Source: Candidatus Omnitrophota bacterium (GTDB taxonomy: Bacteria > Omnitrophota > Gorgyraeia > Gygaellales > Profunditerraquicolaceae). Taken from it: a stretch of 64,000 nucleotides of DNA. Numbering within the stretch: the stretch's first letter is position 1; each line of letters starts with the position of its first letter. Below the pieces are notes generated by a model. It made no database searches. It was not told the origin of the DNA and saw nothing but the letters and a program-made list of their open reading frames with translations. Of the stretch, positions 43,459 through 51,947 are shown in pieces. The translations under genes were made by a program, and so were the position numbers. The DNA is taken from assembly GCA_026387315.1 (NCBI GenBank), contig JAPLLY010000008.1:50069-114068 (forward strand). Direction: 5' to 3'.

Positions 43459-44292
43459 TTATTCCAATAGTTTTTTATTTTGCGGCAATTTTCGATAATT
43501 TTCCTTACTAATCACCTTCTTGCCGCTTTTGCGTTCCAATTCTTTTCTGGCATTACCAGCTACAGCGCCGCCTTCAAAGGCGGCCTGTTTATTCTCCACA
43601 AAACCTTGAGCATCCTTATTAATGGCGATCTCTTTCGTTGATGCCTCGCCAAGCATTGAAAAGATAAGCTCTAAATCGGTCATATGGTCTCTAAGATTCT
43701 CCCGCTTTAAACCTTTATGCTTTTTATAAGCGGACGGGGTCATTTCGAAAGTTGCCTTTGATATTTCAGCGGTTAATATTTCGTATTCTTTTTGCTCCTT
43801 TATACCACGCTTCTGCCACTGATCGGTTAACTCCTCGCGAATAGCGATTCCGCGCACCCGCTTCTCAATCCATTCATCACTATACCCTTTTGCCTTATAT
43901 AAAGCCCTTGTCCTCTTTGTGGCAAGTTCCGGATTCTCGATCTCCTGAATCCGCTCATAACCTACCCGGGCTAACCATCGTTTAAAAGGCTCGGCTTTAG
44001 GAGATGGTATAGACTGAATAATGCGAAAGATGCCTTCCGTATTAGCACTAATCATCTGCTGTTTACCACCCGCGGTTTCAATAGCAAGGGTATGTACAAT
44101 TTGTACCCACCCTTTAGCGAGTTCCTGATCTCGCTGTTTCATTCTTTGGATATACTGTTTTGGATCATTTGAATCGGTCAGAGCCAAAACCACATCCTCA
44201 ACCACAAACCACCACTCGTTTTTATGAATAGCCTTGCGAATTTCACGCTTCCTGAAAATCGCGATTTTAGTCGTGGTTATTTCTTTATTCAC
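43459..44292 (-). CDS. Bro-N domain protein (DinD/antirepressor-like)
   Basis: IRKAIHKNEWWFVVEDVVLALTDSNDPKQYI fits Bro-N. The C-terminal ...NLRDHMTDLELIFSMLGE... resembles DinD-like proteins. GTG start; lies 4 nt upstream of the HNH gene. Confidence 0.6.
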   Translation of the reverse strand: MNKEITTTKIAIFRKREIRKAIHKNEWWFVVEDVVLALTDSNDPKQYIQRMKQRDQELAKGWVQIVHTLAIETAGGKQQMISANTEGIFRIIQSIPSPKAEPFKRWLARVGYERIQEIENPELATKRTRALYKAKGYSDEWIEKRVRGIAIREELTDQWQKRGIKEQKEYEILTAEISKATFEMTPSAYKKHKGLKRENLRDHMTDLELIFSMLGEASTKEIAINKDAQGFVENKQAAFEGGAVAGNARKELERKSGKKVISKENYRKLPQNKKLLE

Positions 44293-44363
44293 ACTTCCTC
44301 ATTTCGGCTGGCTCATAACGACCCCAGCAACTTTACTGCCAGGGTTCGCTTGAGCGTCAATCA

Positions 44364-44395
44364 TGGGCAAGAAGGGAGTCGGACCCTTGCTACCC
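44364..44395 (-). ncRNA. tRNA-like minihelix or tRNA 3'-half remnant
   Basis: Minus strand: GGGTAGCAAGGG-TCCGACT-CCCTTCTTGCCC-A. This is a 12-bp helix (one mismatch, two G-U pairs) with a 7-nt T-loop-like loop and an unpaired A. Starts 9 nt after tRNA-Leu. Confidence 0.4.
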
Positions 44396-44404
44396 TTTAG
44401 CAAA

Positions 44405-44488
44405 TGCCAGGAGAGGGACTTGAACCCTCAAGACCTTGCGGCCGCGAGATTTTAAGTCTCGTGCGTTTGCCAATTTCGCCATCCCGGC
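44405..44488 (-). tRNA. tRNA-Leu (anticodon UAA), long variable arm, no encoded CCA
   Basis: Hand-folded: GCCGGGA acceptor, anticodon arm CGAGA-CTTAAAA-TCTCG, variable arm CGGCCGCAAGGTCT, T arm GAGGG-TTCAAGT-CCCTC. Confidence 0.85.
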
Positions 44489-44496
44489 AAATTCTT

Positions 44497-45171
44497 TTAA
44501 TTAAATACCGTTTTGCTTCTATCCCAACCGCTATATGATCTGCTACATTCTTGGGCTAATTTTATCTTTCTCTCTAAACCGAAACAATTTTTATAATAAC
44601 ATTTCTCAGCAATTTTCCTCGCCGCCATTTTACCGTATTTTAGTGTATAAATAGGGTTGATGCGATCAGGCCTTAATGCAGAATGTATCTTTCCTCTACA
44701 ACACAAAGATGCTTCTATTGCGGCTTGCAGCCATTTGATAAATGCTTCAGATGCTGAAAATACACTCAAAGACCATTGTATGTGCAAATTTGTAGTATGC
44801 CGCCAACTACGCAATGAACCATCACCGTCTATTAAACCCCTTAGAAAATCATTAAAAAATTCTTTGGAAATATCAAGTCTGTCTAAAGTTAAGGACTTAT
44901 TTGGAATTAAACCAATTGATAACAAAAAATCATAAAAATTCTTATTGGATATCTGTATATAATAAGCCAGGTTGATTTTTTCTTTATTCTTAATGCCTAT
45001 TCTGTTTGTTAAACTAAATTTGTTTTTTATTTTGCTAAGAAATTCATAGTCGCTAGATGTAATATCTATATGCCTGCCGTCTTTTGACAAACACCCATCG
45101 CTCGTAATCAACCCCACCAAATACCAAAGATTAGGCCCTTTAATATTTAATTCTTTTCTGTGAGCTGGCAT
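44497..45171 (-). CDS. Free-standing double-motif LAGLIDADG homing endonuclease
   Basis: Two motifs, LVGLITSDGCL and LRGLIDGDGSL. Bounded by tRNA-Cys (6 nt upstream) and tRNA-Leu (8 nt downstream). Confidence 0.75.
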   Translation of the reverse strand: MPAHRKELNIKGPNLWYLVGLITSDGCLSKDGRHIDITSSDYEFLSKIKNKFSLTNRIGIKNKEKINLAYYIQISNKNFYDFLLSIGLIPNKSLTLDRLDISKEFFNDFLRGLIDGDGSLRSWRHTTNLHIQWSLSVFSASEAFIKWLQAAIEASLCCRGKIHSALRPDRINPIYTLKYGKMAARKIAEKCYYKNCFGLERKIKLAQECSRSYSGWDRSKTVFN

Positions 45172-45177
45172 TTTTAT

Positions 45178-45252
45178 TGGAGGCGCGGAGCGGATTCGAA
45201 CCGCTGAATAGCGGTTTTGCAGACCGCTGCCTTGCCACTTGGCTACCGCGCC
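45178..45252 (-). tRNA. tRNA-Cys (anticodon GCA), CCA encoded
   Basis: Hand-folded: GGCGCGG acceptor, anticodon arm GCGGT-CTGCAAA-ACCGC, T arm GCGGT?-TTCGAAT region (AGCGG-TTCGAAT-CCGCT). Confidence 0.85.
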
Positions 45253-45257
45253 AAAAA

Positions 45258-45803
45258 CTATAATAATTTTTTAACTTCTTTTACGATCTGGTCAGTCTCT
45301 GCTAAACAACCTACTCCCACTTTGCCGCAAGCAAGTAAACCTTTAGCCGGCGCAATAAACTTATAACCGCAGCTCTTTAATTTCGCGATATTACTTTGGG
45401 TTATTTTATTTTGATACATATTCTCATTCATCGCCGGAGCAATTAAAACCTTGGCCTTACTCGCGCAAACTGTACAACTTAAAAGATCATCACAGATGCC
45501 GGCGGCAAGTTTAGCAATAATATTAGCGGTGGCCGGAGCAATTAAAATTAAATCCGCTTTGGCCGCCAAAGCCACATGCGCGATATCCCAGGTATCCGGC
45601 GCCTCAAATATACCCGCGGAATAAACCCGGTTACCGCTTAAACTCTGAAAAACAACCGGCTTAATTAATTCCTGCGCTTCTTTAGTCATCACCACCTGCA
45701 CTGCCAACCCGCATTCTCTAAGTGAGCGGATAAGGCCGCAGGACTTGTAAATAGCAATACTGGCAGTTATACCTAAGATGATATTTTTTTCGGTTTTTTT
45801 CAC
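45258..45803 (-). CDS. coaC: Flavoprotein, phosphopantothenoylcysteine decarboxylase-like (CoaC domain only)
   Basis: IILGITASIAIYKSCGLIRSL..., PAMNENMY. Only 181 aa, with no CoaB half. GTG start. Confidence 0.65.
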   Translation of the reverse strand: MKKTEKNIILGITASIAIYKSCGLIRSLRECGLAVQVVMTKEAQELIKPVVFQSLSGNRVYSAGIFEAPDTWDIAHVALAAKADLILIAPATANIIAKLAAGICDDLLSCTVCASKAKVLIAPAMNENMYQNKITQSNIAKLKSCGYKFIAPAKGLLACGKVGVGCLAETDQIVKEVKKLL

Positions 45804-45872
45804 CTGAAAATCCTCTTTTTAATCCCCCCATTCCCCCCTTTTCCAAAGGGGGGCGAGGGGGGATTTTCATTT

Positions 45873-46106
45873 TCATTGGTGCCCCGCTAACAGCGGGGCA
45901 TGAATGGCTTTAATTTTTCTGGCCTCAACCTTGCCGGCGGCAATTTCATGTAAAGCTACAGTCGAGGGTTTTACTGAATTATCATCCGCCACTAATTTCG
46001 GCTGGCCTTCGGCAATCTCTAAAGCCCTTTTAGAAGCCAAAATTACCAGTTTATAAATTGATCCCATACTCTTATCTAAAAGTTTTTCTCTTCCCTGATA
46101 ATCCAT
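45873..46106 (-). CDS. rpoZ: DNA-directed RNA polymerase omega subunit
   Basis: SIYKLVILASKRALEIAEG, and the conserved gmk-rpoZ pairing. Confidence 0.8.
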   Translation of the reverse strand: MDYQGREKLLDKSMGSIYKLVILASKRALEIAEGQPKLVADDNSVKPSTVALHEIAAGKVEARKIKAIHAPLLAGHQ

Positions 46107-46127
46107 TTTTTACCCCCAATTGATATG

Positions 46128-46727
46128 TTAAGCACCGCTCTCCCGCAAAAAAATACTTTTTAATTCTTTAAGCGCCGCTGGCAAATTTTGATTCAAAATA
46201 CAATAGTCAAATTTTCCGGCTGCCTGAAGCTCTCTGCGTGCTAACAGCATACGCCGCGCCACTTCTAACTGATTAGTATACCGGCAACGATTCTGAATCC
46301 TTTCCTTAAGCACGCTCAAAGAAGGCGGTAAAACAAAAATTGTTACTGTATTTTTAGGATATATTTTTTTTAAAATTCTAACGCCTTTAAGATCCAAGCA
46401 CAAACCAACGTTCTTGGAGCCCTTAAGCTGCTTTTCCAACGGCTCTTTTAACGTTCCGTAATAATAACCCAAATACCGGGTCCATTCAAGAATTTTTTTC
46501 GCTTTTAACCGGCGCCTAAACTCCAAAAGCGTGACAAAAAAATATTCCTTGGCCTCTCTCTCTTGCGAACGTTTAGGGCGCGTAGTCACAGAACAAGATT
46601 TTACTAATAATTTCCCGATTTTTTTATCTTGAATGAGGCTGGTCAAAAGAGTGGTTTTGCCTGAGCCCGACGGCCCGCTGATCACAAAAATTTTACCCAG
46701 CTTATTTTGTCTTTTAGCGGCTTTCAC
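46128..46727 (-). CDS. gmk: Guanylate kinase
   Basis: VISGPSGSGKTTL, TTRPKRSQEREAKEYFFV. Confidence 0.85.
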   Translation of the reverse strand: MKAAKRQNKLGKIFVISGPSGSGKTTLLTSLIQDKKIGKLLVKSCSVTTRPKRSQEREAKEYFFVTLLEFRRRLKAKKILEWTRYLGYYYGTLKEPLEKQLKGSKNVGLCLDLKGVRILKKIYPKNTVTIFVLPPSLSVLKERIQNRCRYTNQLEVARRMLLARRELQAAGKFDYCILNQNLPAALKELKSIFLRESGA

Positions 46728-47563
46728 TACTCGATATTCTGCACTTGTTCGCGAATCTTCTCAATCTGGCTCTTCATTTCTACGGCCCGTCCCGAAATAA
46801 TTAGGTCAAACGATTTAGCGGCCAAAGTGTTAGCCTCCCGCTGCATTTCTTGGGTAATAAAATCCAACTCCTTACCCACCGCGCCTCCCTGGGCAATCTT
46901 ATGCCCAAAATTATTGATATGAAAATACAAACGGTCCGTCTCTTCAGCGACATCCGCGCCTTTTAAAAAAGCCACACGCTCATCCTCCAATTGAATCTTT
47001 TCAAGCCTATTTTTTACTGCCACCCCAAAACGCCGTTTAATAAAAACTAGGTCCTTCTTTAACAGGGCGCTTCTTTTATTTAACAAAACTGCCAGAGCCC
47101 TGCCTTCTTTTTGGCGCGCCGCTAATAAATTCGTAAGCGCTTGCAAAAAAACAGGCTTAAGCCGCTCCCAAATATGCGCGCCTATGGCGTTATCTTCTTT
47201 GAGCGACAAAATCCCCGGCAAACGAATTAATGAATCCAAAGTTAAACCATCATTAATTTTAAACTCCTTCTTGACGCTATTAAGTTCATGTAAATAATTC
47301 TTCAGCAGTTTTCGGTTAACAAAAATCCCTTGAGCAAGCTGCCCTTTGATGTTGATCGCGCAATAAATTCTTCCTCTTTTGATTCTGGCCTCAATTTCTT
47401 TCTTCAACTTATCCTCTAAAGCAAGCAGGCCTTCCGGTAAATGAAAAACACTTTCAGAAAATTTATGATTAGTGCACCTTAACTCTACGCTGATTCTGCC
47501 GATAGAGTCAAACTCAACCTCATGGCTGCCAAAACCCGTCATGCTGTTAATTAGATTCTTCAT
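46727..47563 (-). CDS. yicC: YicC-family stress-induced protein
   Basis: SMTGFG N-terminus and C-terminal DFITQEMQREANTLAAKS. Confidence 0.8.
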   Translation of the reverse strand: MKNLINSMTGFGSHEVEFDSIGRISVELRCTNHKFSESVFHLPEGLLALEDKLKKEIEARIKRGRIYCAINIKGQLAQGIFVNRKLLKNYLHELNSVKKEFKINDGLTLDSLIRLPGILSLKEDNAIGAHIWERLKPVFLQALTNLLAARQKEGRALAVLLNKRSALLKKDLVFIKRRFGVAVKNRLEKIQLEDERVAFLKGADVAEETDRLYFHINNFGHKIAQGGAVGKELDFITQEMQREANTLAAKSFDLIISGRAVEMKSQIEKIREQVQNIE

Positions 47564-48070
47564 TTATCCCCCCCAAATTTTATTCGGAAATTCCTTAAAC
47601 ACCACTTCTTTGGTTGCGTAAAGATCGACGATAATTTCATTGGGCGAAAACCAAAGCTTAATCTCTCTTTCCGCTTCAGCAGGATTAGATGAAACATGAA
47701 CTACATTTTCATAAACGCCATTAGTAGTAATCCGGCCATAAGCGCCCCGAATCGAGGTCGACTCCGCTTCCTCAGGGTTGGTGGCTCCGGCTAAATCTCG
47801 GCATTTAGTTATGGCATCGCTGCCCCAATAAACCAAAGCCATAACTTTTTTGCGGTCATGTAAATCTCCCTGTAAATATTGAACAATCTCGCCAAAAAAA
47901 GGCTTATCTTTTAAGTGCTTATAATGCTCTTGCGCTAACTCTTGAGAAACCCGCACCATCTTGGCCGCTACAATTTCAAGCTTGGTTTCAGATAGACGGG
48001 TAAGGATATTACCCGTAAGCGATTTTTTCAACCCATCGGGTTTAATTAAAATTAAAACTGCCTGGCCCAT
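47564..48070 (-). CDS. ndk: Nucleoside-diphosphate kinase
   Basis: LILIKPDG..., NVVHVSSNPAEAEREIKLWF (active-site His). Confidence 0.8.
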   Translation of the reverse strand: MGQAVLILIKPDGLKKSLTGNILTRLSETKLEIVAAKMVRVSQELAQEHYKHLKDKPFFGEIVQYLQGDLHDRKKVMALVYWGSDAITKCRDLAGATNPEEAESTSIRGAYGRITTNGVYENVVHVSSNPAEAEREIKLWFSPNEIIVDLYATKEVVFKEFPNKIWGG

Positions 48071-48948
48071 TATTTGCCTCCCCCTTTAATTACATTAACG
48101 ATCCGCTCTAAATCCTCTGGTGAATAAAATTCAATATTAATATGCCCCCGTTTTTTTCTTTTAATTACGCGCACCTTGGTGGCTAAGGCCTGCTGCATTT
48201 GCTCCTCAAGAATCAAAACTAGCGGCTCTTTCTGTCCCTGGCCAACCTTACGCCTTAATCCTTTTGGCCGAGAACTCTTAATTAAACTTTCCAATTCCCG
48301 CACAGAAAGGCCTTTGGTAATAATATCTTGCGCCAATCTCCGTTGTTGGTTGGCATCGTCAATTTCAAGTAAGGCGCGGCCATGCGCAAAACTGATACGG
48401 TTATTTTTCATCTCCTGTTGAATTTCATGCGGGAGCTTAAGTAAACGTAAAGTATTGGTGATGGTAGATCTAGCCTTTCCTAACACTTCACTTATCTTTT
48501 CTTGAGTAACTTGAAATTTATCCATCAGGTGCTGATAAGCATGGGCTTCTTCAATTGGATTCAAACTTTCTCTTTGGACATTTTCAATTAAAGCCAATTC
48601 TAAAGAATCTTGGTCTGAAACATCGCGCACAATAATCGGTATCTCTTTGAGCCCCAAAGAGTTAGCAGCGCGAAGCCTCCGTTCTCCGGCAATAAGTTCA
48701 TAATTTTCCCCTTTACGCCTAACTAAAAGCGGCTGAATAACCCCTTTTTCTTTAATAGATTGCGCTAATTCTTCAATACTTGTTTGATTAAAATATTCGC
48801 GAGGCTGGAAAGGATTGGGTTTTATTTGTCCAGATTGGACATAAACAATCTCTTCTTTATGAACCGTATCATCATTAATAACCGTATCATCAACTATTCG
48901 TTCAGGAATTAACGCACCAAGGCCTTTTCCTAATGCTCTTCTTTCCAT
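48070..48948 (-). CDS. parB: Chromosome partitioning protein ParB/Spo0J
   Basis: LGKGLGALI, IQPLLVRR...YELIAGERRLRAA, and an HTH region. Confidence 0.9.
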   Translation of the reverse strand: MERRALGKGLGALIPERIVDDTVINDDTVHKEEIVYVQSGQIKPNPFQPREYFNQTSIEELAQSIKEKGVIQPLLVRRKGENYELIAGERRLRAANSLGLKEIPIIVRDVSDQDSLELALIENVQRESLNPIEEAHAYQHLMDKFQVTQEKISEVLGKARSTITNTLRLLKLPHEIQQEMKNNRISFAHGRALLEIDDANQQRRLAQDIITKGLSVRELESLIKSSRPKGLRRKVGQGQKEPLVLILEEQMQQALATKVRVIKRKKRGHINIEFYSPEDLERIVNVIKGGGK

Positions 48949-48959
48949 TGTACCTCTCC

Positions 48960-49751
48960 TTACCCTTGAGGGATTTTTAAACTCATCTTAATATCTAAAC
49001 CTAAAATCTCTTTACTTAATTCCGCGTATTTTTGTGCTCCGAGAGAATTGGCATCATATAAAACAATAGGTTTCCCAAAACTCGGCGCTTCAGTTAATCG
49101 AATATTGCGCGGAATAACAGTATTATAAACTTTATCTTTAAAATGATTGCGCGCTTCTTGAATAACTTCTTTGGTAAGATTGGTACGAAAATCCGCCATA
49201 GTTAAGAGCAACCCTTCAATAACCAAAGCGGGATTAAGGTTTTCTTTCACAAGTCTAACAGTATTATGGAGTTGCGTTAATCCTTCTAATGCATAATATT
49301 CACATTGTACCGGAATAATTACTGAATCAGCGGCACATAAACCATTAATAGTAAGCAGTCCCAATGATGGCGGGGAATCAATAATCATAAAATCATAATT
49401 ATCTTTTTCAAATTGTAAAGCCCTCTTTAACCTATATTCTCGGCCTAATGCTCCGACTAACTCCACTTCAGCCCCGGTTAAATCCAAATTAGAAGGAGCA
49501 AGCATAAGATTATCAATCGCGGTTTTCTGCAAAATATCAACAAACTTTGCTTCTTCAAGTAGGACATGATAGGTACTTTTTTGAACATCGTGTTTGTTTA
49601 TTCCAATGCCGCTAGTAGCATTGGCCTGGGGATCTAAATCTATAAGCACAATCTTCTTGCCTGCCATAGCCAGGTAAGCTGAAAGGTTAATGGAAGTAGT
49701 GGTTTTGCCTACCCCACCCTTCTGATTACAAATTACAATTATTTTACCCAT
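48960..49751 (-). CDS. parA: Chromosome partitioning ATPase ParA/Soj
   Basis: MGKIIVICNQKGGVGKTT deviant Walker A. Start set at the ATG at 49751; no obvious RBS for either candidate start. Confidence 0.85.
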   Translation of the reverse strand: MGKIIVICNQKGGVGKTTTSINLSAYLAMAGKKIVLIDLDPQANATSGIGINKHDVQKSTYHVLLEEAKFVDILQKTAIDNLMLAPSNLDLTGAEVELVGALGREYRLKRALQFEKDNYDFMIIDSPPSLGLLTINGLCAADSVIIPVQCEYYALEGLTQLHNTVRLVKENLNPALVIEGLLLTMADFRTNLTKEVIQEARNHFKDKVYNTVIPRNIRLTEAPSFGKPIVLYDANSLGAQKYAELSKEILGLDIKMSLKIPQG

Positions 49752-49832
49752 TGATATTATTATAGTTAAGTTATGTTCCCCGGGAAACACCCCTTTTTAA
49801 CTATATTAATTATCTCAAAATTACAATGCTTG

Positions 49833-50033
49833 TCAAGTATTTTCTTTACCAGGAATCACGCTTACGCGCACTTTAGTTGGCTTAGCCCCCGCCATACCAA
49901 AAAGGCCTTTTTTCTCCTCGGATAGCGTTTCAACTCTCACGCGCTTACGTGACAGTTTCAATATCTGCAATGCCTTTTCAATGGCTTCTTCTACTGTTTT
50001 GCCTTCAGCTTCTACATATCTCTCATTTTTCAT
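49833..50033 (-). CDS. Jag_N-domain-only protein (truncated Jag/KhpB homologue)
   Basis: VEAEGKTVEEAIEKALQILKLSRKRVRVETLSEEKKGLFG matches the Jag N-terminal domain. No KH or R3H part. ATGA overlap with yidC. Confidence 0.6.
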   Translation of the reverse strand: MKNERYVEAEGKTVEEAIEKALQILKLSRKRVRVETLSEEKKGLFGMAGAKPTKVRVSVIPGKENT

Positions 50034-51568
50034 TTTTGACTATTAATGCGAAACTGGTATGTAAGCATCAACACGCTATTAACAAACCAATAGAGCACTA
50101 ACCCTGATGGCATCTGATAAAAAATTACCCCAAACATAATCGGCATAATAATCGACATCATCTGTTGCTGCTGAGCAGCTTCTCCAGTGGCTTTCGCCAT
50201 CGAAATCTTTTGCTGCACAAACATACCGATTGCCATTAAAATTGGTAGAATATTTACCTGATTACCCAAAAATGGTATTGAATTTTTGAAAACAACGGCC
50301 TTATCAGGCGAAGAAAGATCTTTAATCCATAAAAAATGCGCTCCCCTTAAAGCAACTGAGCGAATTAAAGCCTGATAAAGAGCAAAAAATATAGGCATCT
50401 GCAATAAAAGCGGCAAACAACCACCAAGCGGATTGACTTTATGCTCCTTATAAAGTTCCATTATTTCTTTATTTAATTTTTGCGGGTTATCTTTAAGCTC
50501 TTTACGTAAGGCTTCAATTTTTGGTTGTAAAATCTGCATCTCTTTCATTGAGCGCATTTGCTTTATGGAAAGAGGAAAAAGTATAAAATACACGGCAATA
50601 CTTAATATAATAATGGCTAATCCCCAATTATGCACTAAACTATAGAAAAATCCCAATAATTGTAAAAGTAACTGCGCGATAAAATCAATAAAATCAAAAG
50701 AACCATAGCGAATAATTGATGTCCATTCTGGTTTAATGTTGTCTATTATCTTTAAATCTTGAGGCCCCAAATAGATACGAAATGAATGTCCAATCTGAGT
50801 ACCAGGTTTTAAATTCGTCTCACTCATAAATAAACCAACTTCAGACTCCTGGGGTGTAATTTTCTTAATGTAAGCACTGGTCACCATATTGACCGGTTCA
50901 ACAATAGTACAAAAATACTGATCACGCAAACCAATAAATTTTATGTCCAAACTACTAAAATCTTTTCCCGCGGAAACATGCCTAGGTTTTTCTTGGTTCA
51001 CCAGAAAAACATCCTGATATCGCGATTGCGTATTTTTTACAGATAAATCTAACCGGCCTAAAACTAATTGCGGATTGAGTAATAAGGGAGAGAGGGATAA
51101 ATTTTGAATCTGTATCTCTAAATCTATGACATAACTATTGTTAGGAATAATAAATTTCTTAATAATACGTTTATTTTGATCTTCATATATAAATGAAATT
51201 GAATCTTTAGTTACACTTTGCTGCTTAAAAGAAAGGTTACTATCAGTAAGAAAACCTATTTTAAGTGGTAAATGGTGCTCAAGACCGTCTTTAAAAACTA
51301 CATCTACAATCGCCGCCATAACCGGATTAAAAGTTATCTCCCGGCTGTCTTGAGTAAATTTTACCGTCTCCTTGACAAAATCTACAGACGGCGGCATTGC
51401 TACCGAGGGCATTACAACAGAAGATATTTTCTGTGGGGATGTTACTAATTGGGATTTATTTGCTATAACAACATTATTATCAACTAGTTGTGGCTTAGGG
51501 GCTAAAGCTGACCAACTTAATAATACCAAAAGTGACAAAGCAATCGCCAAAACTAAACGTTTTTCCAT
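50030..51568 (-). CDS. yidC: Membrane protein insertase YidC
   Basis: Large periplasmic domain plus C-terminal core (NPLGGCLPLLLQMPIFFALY, YWFVNSVL). Confidence 0.9.
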   Translation of the reverse strand: MEKRLVLAIALSLLVLLSWSALAPKPQLVDNNVVIANKSQLVTSPQKISSVVMPSVAMPPSVDFVKETVKFTQDSREITFNPVMAAIVDVVFKDGLEHHLPLKIGFLTDSNLSFKQQSVTKDSISFIYEDQNKRIIKKFIIPNNSYVIDLEIQIQNLSLSPLLLNPQLVLGRLDLSVKNTQSRYQDVFLVNQEKPRHVSAGKDFSSLDIKFIGLRDQYFCTIVEPVNMVTSAYIKKITPQESEVGLFMSETNLKPGTQIGHSFRIYLGPQDLKIIDNIKPEWTSIIRYGSFDFIDFIAQLLLQLLGFFYSLVHNWGLAIIILSIAVYFILFPLSIKQMRSMKEMQILQPKIEALRKELKDNPQKLNKEIMELYKEHKVNPLGGCLPLLLQMPIFFALYQALIRSVALRGAHFLWIKDLSSPDKAVVFKNSIPFLGNQVNILPILMAIGMFVQQKISMAKATGEAAQQQQMMSIIMPIMFGVIFYQMPSGLVLYWFVNSVLMLTYQFRINSQK

Positions 51569-51573
51569 AGATT

Positions 51574-51810
51574 TTATATCAAGGGATCATAACCTGACTT
51601 GCCAAAAAACGGATGGCAGCGCGATATTCTGATTAACCCCTTAAATACTCCTTTAATTAATCCGTATTTTAAAATTGCCTGTTTTGTATATTCAGAACAG
51701 CCCGGTTCAAAGCGGCAACCTGCCGGAATACACGGCCTTAAATATTTTTGATACGCCGTGATCAGCTTAAACGCTAAGCTTGCTGGACTCAAACGCAAAG
51801 CCCCCCCCAT
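51574..51810 (-). CDS. yidD: Membrane protein insertion efficiency factor YidD
   Basis: AYQKYLRPCIPAGCRFEPGCSEYTKQAI...CHPF. ATG at 51810 overlaps the rpmH stop (TAATG) and is followed by a G8 run. Confidence 0.85.
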   Translation of the reverse strand: MGGALRLSPASLAFKLITAYQKYLRPCIPAGCRFEPGCSEYTKQAILKYGLIKGVFKGLIRISRCHPFFGKSGYDPLI

Positions 51811-51947
51811 TACACACAAAGACGTTTTCTCCCCTTAGCCCGTCGACGTGCCAGAAGCTTACGTCCGCTCTTGGTAGCCATTTTACTGCGGAATCCATGG
51901 CGCCTCTTGCCCACAATATTTGATGGCGTCTTTAAATTTTTTTTCAT
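51810..51947 (-). CDS. rpmH: 50S ribosomal protein L34 (below the ORF-track cutoff)
   Basis: [51 protein letters not shown] lies 8 nt upstream. Confidence 0.9.
   Translation of the reverse strand: MKKNLKTPSNIVGKRRHGFRSKMATKSGRKLLARRRAKGRKRLCV

Noticed and set aside
45822-45864. C6/G6 runs (ATCCCCCC-a-TT-CCCCCC ... GGGGGG-cga-GGGGGGAT) considered as a G-quadruplex
   Set aside because: There are only two G-runs per strand. The sequence is better explained as a strong hairpin between rpoZ and coaC.
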